Made by a program: the position numbers and the translations under genes
Part shown: piece after piece, positions 10,951-22,232 of the stretch
Position numbering within the stretch: the stretch's first letter is position 1
Layout: each line of letters starts with the position of its first letter
Assembly (NCBI GenBank): GCA_034226945.1
Contig: CP120458.1
Coordinates: 992,001 to 1,056,000, forward strand
Direction of reading: 5' to 3'
Length of the DNA: 64,000 nucleotides
Source: Picochlorum sp. SENEW3
Lineage: Eukaryota
Notes under the pieces: model-generated
What the model saw: the letters and a program-made list of their open reading frames with translations, nothing else
What the model was told of the DNA's origin: nothing
Database searches by the model: none

Positions 10951-12159
10951 ATGGCAGAGCAGGAGGGGGCAACAGAGTCCTTGAATGATACCCAACAGAG
11001 CAGTGATCAGTTTCTTAGCCATGTGGTATTGACGGTGGGGATTGTGTCGCAACCATGCTGCTTGGTGTTGATTGGGACAGCTTTTGCCACTCTAGTCTTT
11101 GGGTGTTGGAGAGCCTGGGTGCATCATCATGCTGCACCGTCTGATGATGATGCCATCGAGACTCCATTTTTATTGACACATCGACATGCCATGTGGATAC
11201 CAGTGCTGAGTTCATGTGCTCTGCTGGCAATGTTTTTCCTCTTTTCCTACATACAGTATGTCTTGCTGCTGTCTGTGCTCGTGTCAGCAGTCTATTCGTT
11301 GAATTTTTCTACATCTCCTTTTTTCCCATCAGCATCAAACGCTAGGATAGCCGTGATGAGCGTCGTTGTATTGAGTTGGTTGTACACTGGGCATTGGGTA
11401 CTGAATAACATGATTGCTGCAGCCATGTGCGTCACATTTCTCTCTCATGTCAGACTTCCAAACTTTAAAATATGCGTGACGTTGCTGGGAGCTCTCTTTT
11501 TCTATGATATCTTTTGGGTCTTTTTCAGCTCACACATCTTTGGGAGTAATGTGATGACTGAAGCAGCAGACAAAAGGGCAGACAATGTGGCTGTGAGGCT
11601 TGCTGAGAAGGTCGCTGGAAAGTCATTTGATTCGCTTGCCAGACATATAGATTTACCTACAAAGTTCAAGGTACCGGCTGAACTCTTCCTCCCACAGCAC
11701 GAATCCCCAGATCAGTTCATCATGCTGGGTGCTGGCGATGTGGCCATGCCAGGACTCCTCCTGGTACTTGGAATGTTGTCCGATACGGCTCGCTCTCTAC
11801 ACTGTATCAAAAAGTCTCCTGCATCCCTTTGTATGAGAGAGTTGGCCGAGTCGATCGGATGTATCCTGCCTGTAGGTTTCTCCAGACGAAGAGCTCCTGG
11901 GAAACCAACATTTCATCATCACTTTTACACGACTGTCGGTCTGATTGGATATTTGGTCGGTCTCTTCTCAGCCCTGGTGTCTAGTATATTCTTTCAGGTA
12001 GCACAGCCAGCCCTGCTCTACCTCGTTCCATGCACACTGATTCCCATGTATGTTCAAGGTGTGAGGAATGGAGATGACTGGCAAGCCAATGATCCAGATG
12101 ATGGGGGCATTGGGGCTACAAAAGACTCGTCTTTACCCGTATCAGTCACTTGTGTGTGA
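10951..12159 (+). CDS. Signal peptide peptidase-like aspartyl protease (A22B, SPPL)
   Basis: Multi-TM protein with FFYDIFWVF, MLGAGD (GxGD) and QPALLYLVP. Confidence 0.9.
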   Translation: MAEQEGATESLNDTQQSSDQFLSHVVLTVGIVSQPCCLVLIGTAFATLVFGCWRAWVHHHAAPSDDDAIETPFLLTHRHAMWIPVLSSCALLAMFFLFSYIQYVLLLSVLVSAVYSLNFSTSPFFPSASNARIAVMSVVVLSWLYTGHWVLNNMIAAAMCVTFLSHVRLPNFKICVTLLGALFFYDIFWVFFSSHIFGSNVMTEAADKRADNVAVRLAEKVAGKSFDSLARHIDLPTKFKVPAELFLPQHESPDQFIMLGAGDVAMPGLLLVLGMLSDTARSLHCIKKSPASLCMRELAESIGCILPVGFSRRRAPGKPTFHHHFYTTVGLIGYLVGLFSALVSSIFFQVAQPALLYLVPCTLIPMYVQGVRNGDDWQANDPDDGGIGATKDSSLPVSVTCV

Positions 12160-12287
12160 GTATTATAGTATTGTTTTGTAAAAGTACATCTTTGGTGAGG
12201 GCGAAGGGGGTTCTACAAAGAGAACTGGGCAGTGTTTGTCAACAAATAGGCCATGCTCCTCTGATACAGTAGGTACTAGACAACACA

Positions 12288-14774
12288 ATGTTTAGAAAAT
12301 TCAGTAGAGCTCTTGGTTCGAGCAAGGATCGAACGACTGTTCGATTCGATGTGAAGATCGCTCGACTATCTGATCTGCCAGCCACGACTGGATCATGCCG
12401 CGTCATCTGGGCACGTGATTCCAAAGTTCAAATGACAAAAGTGGCCAAGATTTCCGAGGATGGTGGGGTCGAATGGTCTGGGGAGGTATTGAGTATTATT
12501 GCGTCGTTGGACGGGGAGGGTGACTCGTTTGCTGCCAAGGACTATGAATTTAAGATTCAAACCAAGGGCACAGGGAAGGACAAGGGTCGATTCGTGACAG
12601 TTGGGAAGTCAAAGGTGAATTTGGCGCAGTATGTGGATTCAAAAACACATCGAGTGTCTCTTTCTGTGCCTGTACATGATGCTCAGGTTCAGTTGGAGTT
12701 CCGTGTGCTTGGAGTGCCTGTGAAGGGTCTGGCGAATGATGATGATGTATCTTTGGTGAGCAGTCGCTCGGATTCTCTTGGTCAAATGAGTACGCGCAGT
12801 AGCCTGGGCATTGCGGGAGTAGAGGAGGAGGAGGCAGTAAAAGAAAGAGAGAGTGAGGTCATCCCTGAGAGTGATCACAATCATCCTGAGCAGGAGAATG
12901 CTAGGGAAGAGGCAGCTCAAAATAGTGAAGACGATGCTCTAGAGAAGTCTGCGGAAGCCATTCACGTGGAAGAAGAGGAAGAAATCGAGGAAGTAGAAGA
13001 AGAATTGAACAAGAACAAAGAGGAAGAACAAGCAGAGGAGGAAGAGGAAGAGGAGGCAATTATGATGGCAGGAGATGAAGAGATATTAGAGAGACTTCGC
13101 ATAGCTGAATATGATGCCCAAGAAGCCAAGAGAATGTTAGAGGAGTCCATGGATTTGCTTGAGCAGGAGACTTCTGCTCGCCAAGAAGCTGAAGAGGCGG
13201 TGGAAAGCCTGGAGCGTGAAGTCGATTGGTTGGAGAAAAAAGCCATCAAAGAAAGAAGTGATTGGGAAGGAAGAATGAGGGATTCTCTGGGAAAGATGGA
13301 GTCCACAGTACTGTTGATGGAAAAGGTGCAGAGAGAGAAAGAAGACATGGAGCGTGCTCATCATGCCTTGCAGGCTGAAGTTAAGCGACTTGAGGAGCTC
13401 TCTGACGCATCGCTCGTCGAAAATAAAATTAAAAAAGCAGAATATCGTGCGAGAAAAGAGGCCGAGGAAGAAGCATCTATAGAAATCGATGGACTCAAGC
13501 GCCAAATAGAAGACATGGCTGCCAAGCTGGAGACTGCAATAGCGTCTCAGACTGCTGGGGCTGCAATGGCCGTTCCAGAGTCTCCATCCCCTCGACATGA
13601 ATCAGAAGATGTATCCAAAGCACTTTCATTAGAATTACAGTATTTGAAGATTGAGAATGAGTCACTCCGGCAAGATGCAGCCTCTGCGACTGCAGCAGCT
13701 GAAAGAGTTGAACAAGCGTCCCGCAGAGAGGCGGAAGTGTATGCCCAGAGGGCTGCGGATTACTTTGAACAGTTGAAGGAATCACAGTCGCTGTGTGCTG
13801 AGGCGGAGAGATCTGCTGCAGAGGCAAAATCCAGGATTGTCCTCCTGGAAGATGCCGTGGAACGTAACAACTTGCAAGCAGCCGAGCTGAGACAGCGGAT
13901 AGCTCTCATGACGATGTCAGGAGATTCTAGTGGAACAAATACTACACCAGATTTAGAAGATGTGATGCGATTGATGAGAGAAGCCCAGGATTCGGCAGAA
14001 GCACGAGCTAGTCAACTTGCTCTCGTGACACAAGAACTCTCAGCAACACAGGTTGAGCTGTCAGAAGTACGGCAACAGCTCGCTGCATCTCAAAATGAAA
14101 TTGATGATTTGGCTCGCTTGGCAATGACCATGGAAAATGAAGCAAAAGAGCTTCGCCAGGAGCTGCACAAGAGGGATGAGCAGCGGAAGGAATATCAAAA
14201 GTTCCAAGAGGATGCACACGACATCTTCAACTCGGAAAGTTCAACACACGGTAGCACACTGTTGCCAAAACCAACAGTGGATGAGGAAAAGTACAAGGAA
14301 GCTCATGAATTAGCCCGTGACGCAGCACTTATGACTGCATCACTGACAGAGCAACTGGCAGCCTCAAACAGTGAAAAGACAGATTTGAAATCGAGGTTGG
14401 AAGAAACGCGATTTGAGCTTCAAAAGATTAAATCTGAAAACGATACAGAACTTCGAAGACGTGTCCAAACATTAGAAAGAGAAATTGTTGTTTGTCAAAA
14501 CAGAGCAGAAGTGAATGAGATTTTCAGGGGAGAACATGACAGAGTTGCAGAGGAACTCATCAAGGCAAAAATTGATTTGGCCGAAGCACAAGAACAAATG
14601 ATTGTTCTGAGGCGAAGCTTGTTCCACAGTCAAGAGAAATCGATGAGCTTTGCATCCAAGATGACTCGACTGGAAACCAAACTGTATCGTCGATTGTCAC
14701 ACGTTGGAACAAAATCTCCTCGTGATAAAAAGGCATCAAATCAGGAACGGAGAAAATCAGGAAGAAAGAAATAG
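12288..14774 (+). CDS. NT-C2 (EEIG1/EHBP1-type C2) domain protein with long coiled coil
   Basis: N-terminal C2-like strands (FDVKI, RVIWAR, YEFKIQ, TVGKSKVNLAQY), an acidic tract, then about 550 aa of heptad-rich sequence. Confidence 0.7.
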   Translation: MFRKFSRALGSSKDRTTVRFDVKIARLSDLPATTGSCRVIWARDSKVQMTKVAKISEDGGVEWSGEVLSIIASLDGEGDSFAAKDYEFKIQTKGTGKDKGRFVTVGKSKVNLAQYVDSKTHRVSLSVPVHDAQVQLEFRVLGVPVKGLANDDDVSLVSSRSDSLGQMSTRSSLGIAGVEEEEAVKERESEVIPESDHNHPEQENAREEAAQNSEDDALEKSAEAIHVEEEEEIEEVEEELNKNKEEEQAEEEEEEEAIMMAGDEEILERLRIAEYDAQEAKRMLEESMDLLEQETSARQEAEEAVESLEREVDWLEKKAIKERSDWEGRMRDSLGKMESTVLLMEKVQREKEDMERAHHALQAEVKRLEELSDASLVENKIKKAEYRARKEAEEEASIEIDGLKRQIEDMAAKLETAIASQTAGAAMAVPESPSPRHESEDVSKALSLELQYLKIENESLRQDAASATAAAERVEQASRREAEVYAQRAADYFEQLKESQSLCAEAERSAAEAKSRIVLLEDAVERNNLQAAELRQRIALMTMSGDSSGTNTTPDLEDVMRLMREAQDSAEARASQLALVTQELSATQVELSEVRQQLAASQNEIDDLARLAMTMENEAKELRQELHKRDEQRKEYQKFQEDAHDIFNSESSTHGSTLLPKPTVDEEKYKEAHELARDAALMTASLTEQLAASNSEKTDLKSRLEETRFELQKIKSENDTELRRRVQTLEREIVVCQNRAEVNEIFRGEHDRVAEELIKAKIDLAEAQEQMIVLRRSLFHSQEKSMSFASKMTRLETKLYRRLSHVGTKSPRDKKASNQERRKSGRKK

Positions 14775-15815
14775 TTATGCTTTTTGTGTAAACGTCAGTC
14801 TATCCAAAGATTGCTGTACCATGGCACCAGCTTTGAACCATGTCACAATCAATGTGCCATTATCCTCATGAGGCAGCTCTACACCATTATCAACAAACCA
14901 TGACAACATGGATGTTGCCATTGTATCAGCAATGTACGCCCTCGTGGCATTCCCTCGACCACAAAGACCATCCTGCACAGCATTTGTTGCTGCTCCCCCA
15001 TCTGCAAACTGTGAATGACTCGTCCCATTCATCACAATCTCCCAGCTCCCTGCTGCTCCAGCAGCGAAAAACTTTTCATAATTTCCTTCCACTGGATTAC
15101 ATGAAGACAGCACAGACGCCCCTGCGACTCCAATCTTTTTCCCTGATTTCCTCAGAGAAGCCACCGCAGAGGGATTATTCTCTGATATGGGAGCAAACAT
15201 GCTCGAGTCTACTGGATCAATCAGCCATGCTGCTTGTATCGGATATGAATAATCAGTCAAGGTAAAAACAAGACTTGCAACCTTTCCTCCCCGCGAATGC
15301 CCTGCTGATACCACAGCTTCCACAGCATCCATCCCAGGAACCTCCCCCACCAGTCCATCAGAAGCCTCGATCCACCGCATCAATGGATCGTAATATCTAT
15401 CCAATTCATCCTTGACATTAATGAGAGACAATGCCGGCAACTGATACTGCACCGCCACAAAACCCCAGGATGCAACACCTTGAAGCATTCGAGAGTACCA
15501 CGAGTACCTGGATTGAAATCCATTGAAAAACACGACTACCGGTAATGCGACGCCCCCATTCCCTCGGTCGACATCCTTTGGATACTTAATATATACCGTA
15601 AAGGAACCACCAGACGCTCTCCGAACCTGTGCCTCCCTCTCGCCAACCTGGTATGCTCCTGGCATATTCCAGGGAGATGAGTCACTCGTTTTGGAATCAT
15701 CGTTACTGCGCTCTGTCGTCAACATGTGCCGTCCCTCACCATACTCTATACCAAATACACCAACCAATAATCCGAGAATAATAGGCAAAGCATGCCACCT
15801 GGGTCCTTGCCCCAT
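14775..15815 (-). CDS. Chlorophyllase-like alpha/beta hydrolase, predicted secretory
   Basis: Motifs PVVVFFNGF..Y..ASWGF, nucleophile elbow GHSRGGK, IDPVD and SHSQF.D. A hydrophobic leader follows the ATG at 15815. Confidence 0.8.
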   Translation of the reverse strand: MGQGPRWHALPIILGLLVGVFGIEYGEGRHMLTTERSNDDSKTSDSSPWNMPGAYQVGEREAQVRRASGGSFTVYIKYPKDVDRGNGGVALPVVVFFNGFQSRYSWYSRMLQGVASWGFVAVQYQLPALSLINVKDELDRYYDPLMRWIEASDGLVGEVPGMDAVEAVVSAGHSRGGKVASLVFTLTDYSYPIQAAWLIDPVDSSMFAPISENNPSAVASLRKSGKKIGVAGASVLSSCNPVEGNYEKFFAAGAAGSWEIVMNGTSHSQFADGGAATNAVQDGLCGRGNATRAYIADTMATSMLSWFVDNGVELPHEDNGTLIVTWFKAGAMVQQSLDRLTFTQKA

Positions 15816-16173
15816 GTATGCACCCAACAACAGTCCCAGGAGTAACAAACACGTGGACAAGTAAATACTGGTATGAATTTGTTATCGTAAATCAACCCTG
15901 TAGAAGAAGGCAGATAAAGTCAAAACCCACGCGGGTCGATGACCATTCGAGCACGCGTGCTGTCGAAGACCTTCGACATCCGGAGATCTCCAATTGGATC
16001 TTGCAAGATCTCATATATATGAGATGACCAGATCTGACGTTATTCCTGGCGTCATAGTGGTATCATGCATGATGCCATCACAGCACAAGGATCTACAGCC
16101 TCTACTATCAACTATATTCTTGATTCCAGATTAAAAATCATTGGAATCTGTTGCATTGATCAACACAGGGAAT

Positions 16174-18170
16174 ATGGATACTACTGAGACCGAGCAAACG
16201 CAGAACTGGGACGACGTGGAAGCCCAACGGGCTCCAGCCTGCAAGGCAGAGGCAGAGCGCCGAGCTACTCTCAGTTGGAATCATTTGCGTGTGGTATGTC
16301 TATAGTGTATGAGGTTGTTGGTCATGGGTGTGATGGGGCCAGTCTGTGTTGTGCCATCAGATGCGACGGTTGGCTGGGTCGACCGCATTGACGTACATAG
16401 AATACTCATAGAATACGCGTGATGCAGAAAGTAAAAGATTCCAAGGGCAATGAGAGGTTCATCCTGAAAGGTGTGACTGGGTATGTGGAGCCAAGGCACA
16501 TGTTGGCGATTATGGGGCCATCTGGGTGTGGAAAGAGTACGCTTTTGGATACATTGGCTGGGCGATTGGCATCATCGGCATCGTGGGATGGTGAGATTCG
16601 TGTGAATGGACATAAGAGTCAGCTGAGTTATGGGCGAGCTGCGTATGTGACGCAGGATGAGGTGTTGATTGGGACACTGACGGTGGAGGAGACGCTCTTG
16701 TTTGCTGCGCGGTTGAGGTTGCCCATGTCCATGGCGGCGAGCGAGAAGAAGAAGATTGTGGATTCTGTCATCCAAGAGTTGGGTTTGGAGTCGGTAAAGA
16801 ACACGTATATTGGCAACTGGCACATCAGAGGTGTGTCTGGAGGGCAGAGGAGGCGTGTGTCCATTGGGTGCGAGTTGGTGACATCGCCCACCCTGTTGTT
16901 TTTGGATGAGCCTACGTCAGGATTGGATTCTGCTGCTGCGTACCATGTGATGGCAAGTGTGAGGAGACTGACAGAAGGATGCAGGACCATTGTCACTGTG
17001 ATTCATCAGCCTTCTTCCGAAACGTTCGAGTTGTTTGACAAGCTTTGCTTGCTTGCTGCTGGAGACGCCGTCTACTTTGGAGACGCTTTGAGGGCAGAGG
17101 ACATGTTTGCGGCGGCAGGGCTTTCCGTGCCATCGACAAGATCTGCTCCGGATCATTTCCTTCACTGTATCAACAGAGATTTTGAGAGTGAGGATTATGA
17201 TGTGGAGAGCAACATTCACCATTTGGTGTCCACCTACAAGGATTCCAAGTTGGCAGAAGCAGCAAAGGCCACAGTGCAGGAGATGCACAAATCCCCAGGA
17301 CCAGAGTATGAGGTGAGCAAAACACATCCAACATTCCCGATACAGACATCTATTCTCACCTACAGAACGTTTTTGAACAACTGGAGGAATGTGGGAGTGT
17401 TCTGGATGCGTCTGGCCATGTACATTGTCCTGTGCTTGGCCATTGGATTCATCTACTTCCAGCTGGGAGATTCGTGGAAGGATGTCTTCTCGAGAGCAGC
17501 TCTGCTCTTCTTCGTGGTTGCATTCCTCACGTTCATGTCCATTGCCGCCTTCCCTGCCTTTGTCGAGGATATGAAGGTGTACATACGAGAACGGTTGAAT
17601 GGGTACTACTCGCCCTTGGTATTCACACTGTCGAATACATTTGCGGCCCTCCCATTCATTTTCGTCATTTCTGTGGTATCCACCGTGTGTGTGTACTTCA
17701 TTGCTGGGCTCAGCACCAATGGAGGCGACGTCATTTACTTTATCCTGGCGCTTTTTGCATCCCTCACTGTTGTCGAGTCCCTCATGATGGCCATTGCACC
17801 AATTGTACCAAACTTCCTCATGGGTATTGCTGCTGGAGCCGGTATTTTGGGTATCTATATGGTTGTATGCGGTTTCTTCCAACCTCTCGGGTCCATGCCA
17901 AAGCCAATCTTCAGATACCCCCTCAGTTATATTTCATTCCACACCTATGCATTCACTGGATTTATGAGAAATGAGTTTGAGGGAACCGATGGATGGGGAT
18001 CTCCAACCGGAGAAACAGATGTCACCTTGACTGGAGACGATGTCCTGAACTATTACGAAATCATGAACATCAACAAGTGGATCTGCTTCCTCATTCTCTT
18101 CTGCATGGTGATCTTTTACAGGATGGTCTTCCTGTCCACCCTCATGCTCAAAGAGTGGATGTCTAGGTAA
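16174..18170 (+). CDS. ABCG (White/WBC) half-size ABC transporter; 2 exons
   Basis: Walker A GPSGCGKST, signature VSGGQRRR, Walker B LFLDEPTSGLD and an ABC2 membrane domain. Exon 1 (MDTTE..LSWNHLRV) splices via gtatgt..tgcag to KVKD. Confidence 0.95.
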
Positions 18171-18252
18171 TATTTGATTATTTGTTTAAATAGAGCATGA
18201 TACTACTATGACGAGCGATATTGCTTCATTGTAATAATGAGATACTCAGAGA

Positions 18253-19251
18253 ATGGATTGCTCTGTCGACAAGATGGTTTGGGTCTTGGACGGATCCGTT
18301 GGACACCTTCTCAAAATAGACCCAGCGATATCCGATTTATGCGATCAGAAGGGTTTGGAATTCAAAGACAAGTTTGCCAATGCAAGCTATGCAAACATAG
18401 CCTGTCCAGAGGTTGTCGAACGAATCCATGCTTCGTACATGAATGCCGGAGCTGACGTCATTTCCACGAATTCCTTTGGATGCACCCTTCACTCTCTCGG
18501 TAAAATACATGGATTAGAAAATAGGAGGGATGAATTAGTTATTCAGTCCTGTCGCATCGCGAAAAGGGCAGCGAAAGGCACCCAGGTGAGGGTTGCTGGG
18601 GTGGTCCCACCCTTGGGAGACTGCTACGTGGGTGATCCACTGGACATTGATGCCATGTATGAGGAATATAGAAGTTTCATATCATTGCTGTATTCTGAAG
18701 GTGTGGATATCATCCTTTGTGAGACCATGGCGAGCAGTGCAGAGGCTATTGCAGCAGCAAGACAGGCCACACAGTATGCCCCAGGGAAGGAGCTGTTCGT
18801 TTCGTTCACATTGGACGATACGCTAGAGGATGGGGATACCAAAGGGAATTCATGTCGTATTCGAAATGGAGAATCGCTCGAATCTGCTGTGACGGCATTG
18901 TTGCATGCGGTGGGACAGGAGCATGTTCATGCAGTCTTGCTCAACTGTTCTGGTCCGGCCATTATGCATCATGGCCTCATGTGCCTGGGGCGAGTCTTGC
19001 AGGGTGTTAATCATATTCGGATTGGCGCCTATGCGAATGGATTTGAGACGACAACCACAGAGTGGTTGATTCAGGAGGGATACCGAGAGCCTGTAGAATC
19101 CCCTCGGCATATTGTTGATGCCCAAGGTGCATCTGATGTGGCATCCTATGTGAAGCATGCACAGCAGTGGATACGAGATGGTGCGAGCATCATTGGAGGG
19201 TGTTGTGGGACAACGCCAGACTATATTGTAAGACTAAAGGAATGTACATGA
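18253..19251 (+). CDS. Homocysteine S-methyltransferase family protein
   Basis: Motifs VLDG, IHASYMNAGADVI.TN, DIILCETM, LLNC, AYANG and IIGGCCGTTP. Confidence 0.9.
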   Translation: MDCSVDKMVWVLDGSVGHLLKIDPAISDLCDQKGLEFKDKFANASYANIACPEVVERIHASYMNAGADVISTNSFGCTLHSLGKIHGLENRRDELVIQSCRIAKRAAKGTQVRVAGVVPPLGDCYVGDPLDIDAMYEEYRSFISLLYSEGVDIILCETMASSAEAIAAARQATQYAPGKELFVSFTLDDTLEDGDTKGNSCRIRNGESLESAVTALLHAVGQEHVHAVLLNCSGPAIMHHGLMCLGRVLQGVNHIRIGAYANGFETTTTEWLIQEGYREPVESPRHIVDAQGASDVASYVKHAQQWIRDGASIIGGCCGTTPDYIVRLKECT

Positions 19252-19440
19252 ACTTGTGTCGAATGAGACTCTCGAATGGATCACATGTGTACGGTCAACG
19301 GATCGATTGATGGGAATCGAAGCAAGCAGGTGGTTGGAAGGTGGTTGTCAATCGCACATCCGTGCGCTCATTGTCGCAATTGTAGAGTGGGTAAAAGTAT
19401 TTACATATTAATATTAACTGAAACAATATAGTTACTCAAA

Positions 19441-20211
19441 ATGGCACCGAAAAAGAGAGGAATGAGTCTAGAGGAGAAACGGACGGTAATTCAGAGCATT
19501 TTCCATGATTCAAAGAGCGTGTTTGTTCTCAAGGTAATAGCACTTGTGTTTTGATATATTTCTAAAGTATGTTTCACTATTTCTATCTAGTACTGTAGGA
19601 TATTGAAAAGATGGCTGTGAAAAAGGGAGTTGTGGCGCAAAGTGTGAAGGATGTGCTGCAATCTCTGGTGGATGATGACCTTGTACACCAAGATAAGATT
19701 GGCATTAGTAACTTTTTTTGGAGTTTTCCATCGGAAGTGGCGGTTCGACTGGAGAAGGAGGAGAGCACGCTGAATGCCAAGCACGAAGGGCTTTCCAAGG
19801 AACACGAGACACTGCTCGGCAAGATTGAGGAGGAGAACGTGGGGAAGGAGGACTCGAAGCAGAGGCGGGAGTTGGCCGAGTCTATTTCCAAGATGAAGGA
19901 GAGTATTGGAGCGAAGAGGAAGGAGCTTGAAGCGTTTTCTGAGAATGATCCAGAGCGCTTTGAGAAATTACGTACGTTGTGTCCTTGATTTTCTAGTAGG
20001 TATGTATGCTACTCATGTCTTGTTACATAATACTACTAACTACTATGCAGGTAAAATGAAAGTGACGTGCCGAGATGGAGCAAATAGGTGGACTGATAAC
20101 ATATTTAGCATGCAATCGTGGATGAAGAAGAAATTTGTTGGGATGGATGCCCAAGTGAAGCAATTCTTTGCTCAGCAAGGTGTGTCAGAAGACATGGATT
20201 ACCTCGAGTAA
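19441..20211 (+). CDS. MND1: Meiotic nuclear division protein 1; 3 exons
   Basis: Spliced product MAPKKRGMSLEEKR..FVLK|DIEK..QSVKDVLQSLVDDDLV..DKIGISNFFWSFPS, then NDP and ANRWTDNIF. Confidence 0.93.
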
Positions 20212-20221
20212 CTCGCTTGTA

Positions 20222-22153
20222 TTATCTGAAATCACCATCAAATCCGGTGAAACCTGCGAGCTTGAATATGTTATAATACTTTTTCTTTTCTATTTTGCTG
20301 CACCAATTCCATGCACTTGTAAGACGACCATCGATGCAGGAGCCAGCATCAAATGAATTGTCTGCTCCTGATCCGTCGAATGCATGTCTGAAAAAATCTT
20401 GTAAGACGTTTTTAATACACATATCAATGCTTCCATAGATGTTCTCTATATATGCCGAGACTCCCGGGTCTTTTTGGGCAATCTTTGGGAGTTCGTCCAG
20501 TGCCAAGACGAAAGGATTTAGTATCCTTGGGACTTGTGTATACTTGTCTATAAACATGAGGGCATTGGGAACGTTGTGATCGCCCAAATGGACGACAGAG
20601 GATCCTACCCAGCTACCGATTCGCCTCTGACACCGAGCTATGATGTTGGACATGGCTCTACCAACACTTCCTGCAGATTGGACTCGCTGAAGGCCTTGGC
20701 CAGTGTTCTGCAGTCTGTAATAATTGCGTTCCGTCAGCATATCCTTGTCAGCCATATACCATAGCTTGAACATTTCATGTGATATCTCTCTCCACAATGT
20801 CAAAGTTTGTAGCACATATGTGTACTGCCGCTGATGATTATGGGTCAGTCTGGATCCCTCTGAACCACCATGTATTGCCAGGGACAAGCCGTCCTGGATC
20901 TCCTGTGGATCGAAATGTGTCTTCAGGTAGTCAATCATGCGATCGATAGGATCTCTATTGAATCGTAAATATGCATTGTTGTCTCCCAAAGAGTACATGC
21001 ATAGAAGCAAATCCTCACCGTCCAAATCCTTTGTTTGATACTTTCCGGCCAGAGCATCACGTGCCTTTTCTTTTGCTTTGATATCACGCTGTATCTGATG
21101 CCTTGAGCGCCCATCACTGCGGATCTCAGCAATTGCAGTGGACAAGTTTGGATCTGCAAGAAGTTTTAGCGCACCCCCGGCTTCAAGAACGCTGTGCACA
21201 GTTACCAAGGGTGTAGCACATTTGAATCCCAAGAGCTCTTGAATCTCAGGCTCTACAGAGTCCATCAGCATGTACATTAATTTCCCATAGGTATCCCTCA
21301 TTTTATCTGGATTCATCACCTTGTGTCGACGCCCAATTTCAAAGCACTTTTGGAAAAACTCTTGCAAGTCGCTAAAATTCCTTTCTGCTATCAAACTCGA
21401 GCCCTTTCTAAAATTCTGTGCCACAGTTAACCCACACAGAATCGCACAAAGATCCTTAATTTGAGCATGAACTCTCGCATTCTTACTTCGATAGCTCAAT
21501 ATGTCCACCTTGTCTGTGTATTCAGAGACATTCAAAGCGCCTTCCAGCAACCTCAGCAACCGACGCTCCTCATGAGACAGTCTCACAGGAATATATTTTG
21601 CTCTCTCCGCAATGACATCGCACGACACGCTCTCTTCTGCATCTCCTTGTTCCCCTTCTGTATTGATGTTTACATCCTCTCCGTGTTGCATATCCTCCTC
21701 CATGGACATGTCCTCATTCTCTGTCCCATGAAATGCCTCCCCAGCTCGTCGCTTTCCCATCCTCTGAGTCTCCTCCTTGATCTGCTGCGCCGTCTGAGCG
21801 GCTTCCATCGCACACTCCAAAATCTCCTCTTTCAAAGAAGATGATAGTTTCACCAATTCTTGTATGAAATTCGCATCCATACTCCCCTCAAACCCCGACG
21901 CCATGCGCTCAGTCAACGAGGACATTTTATTCGCCAACTCCTTCTCAATCGATGCTTTCTGGTCAACATACTCTGAGAACTGTTGTTGATACACTTTTAA
22001 TTTCTGAGATAAATCCCGAGCTTCAGTCTCAGCCTGAAGGCGTAGGGCTCGTTCATTTTCATCTCCCTTTTGCTCGTGAACAACTTCCATACCGGATTCA
22101 TCGCCCTCTGAATCCAAAATATGGTTTAATTCATCTTTATTGAGTTTTGTCAT
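20222..22153 (-). CDS. UPF0652 / DUF2009 family protein
   Basis: Motifs YIPVRL..EER..LRLLEGALNVSEYTDKVD, MNPDKMR.TYGK, WVGSSVVHLGD, FDGSGADN.FDAGSCIDGRLTSAWNWC and GFTGFDG. Confidence 0.85.
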   Translation of the reverse strand: MTKLNKDELNHILDSEGDESGMEVVHEQKGDENERALRLQAETEARDLSQKLKVYQQQFSEYVDQKASIEKELANKMSSLTERMASGFEGSMDANFIQELVKLSSSLKEEILECAMEAAQTAQQIKEETQRMGKRRAGEAFHGTENEDMSMEEDMQHGEDVNINTEGEQGDAEESVSCDVIAERAKYIPVRLSHEERRLLRLLEGALNVSEYTDKVDILSYRSKNARVHAQIKDLCAILCGLTVAQNFRKGSSLIAERNFSDLQEFFQKCFEIGRRHKVMNPDKMRDTYGKLMYMLMDSVEPEIQELLGFKCATPLVTVHSVLEAGGALKLLADPNLSTAIAEIRSDGRSRHQIQRDIKAKEKARDALAGKYQTKDLDGEDLLLCMYSLGDNNAYLRFNRDPIDRMIDYLKTHFDPQEIQDGLSLAIHGGSEGSRLTHNHQRQYTYVLQTLTLWREISHEMFKLWYMADKDMLTERNYYRLQNTGQGLQRVQSAGSVGRAMSNIIARCQRRIGSWVGSSVVHLGDHNVPNALMFIDKYTQVPRILNPFVLALDELPKIAQKDPGVSAYIENIYGSIDMCIKNVLQDFFRHAFDGSGADNSFDAGSCIDGRLTSAWNWCSKIEKKKYYNIFKLAGFTGFDGDFR

Positions 22154-22232
22154 CCTATATACTATATAGTCTGGTTCCAGGCAGGAAGAAACTTGCGTTC
22201 TAGAGGTATTTTGGAAATGTTACATAATTGCT

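Noticed and set aside
11720..11745. LGAGD instead of LGLGD in the SPP-like protease
   Set aside because: It still fits the GxGD consensus, with YD and PAL motifs intact.
16917..17974. Long antisense and alternative-frame ORFs over the ABCG gene
   Set aside because: No motifs; explained by codon bias of the real gene. The same applies to similar overlapping ORFs elsewhere.
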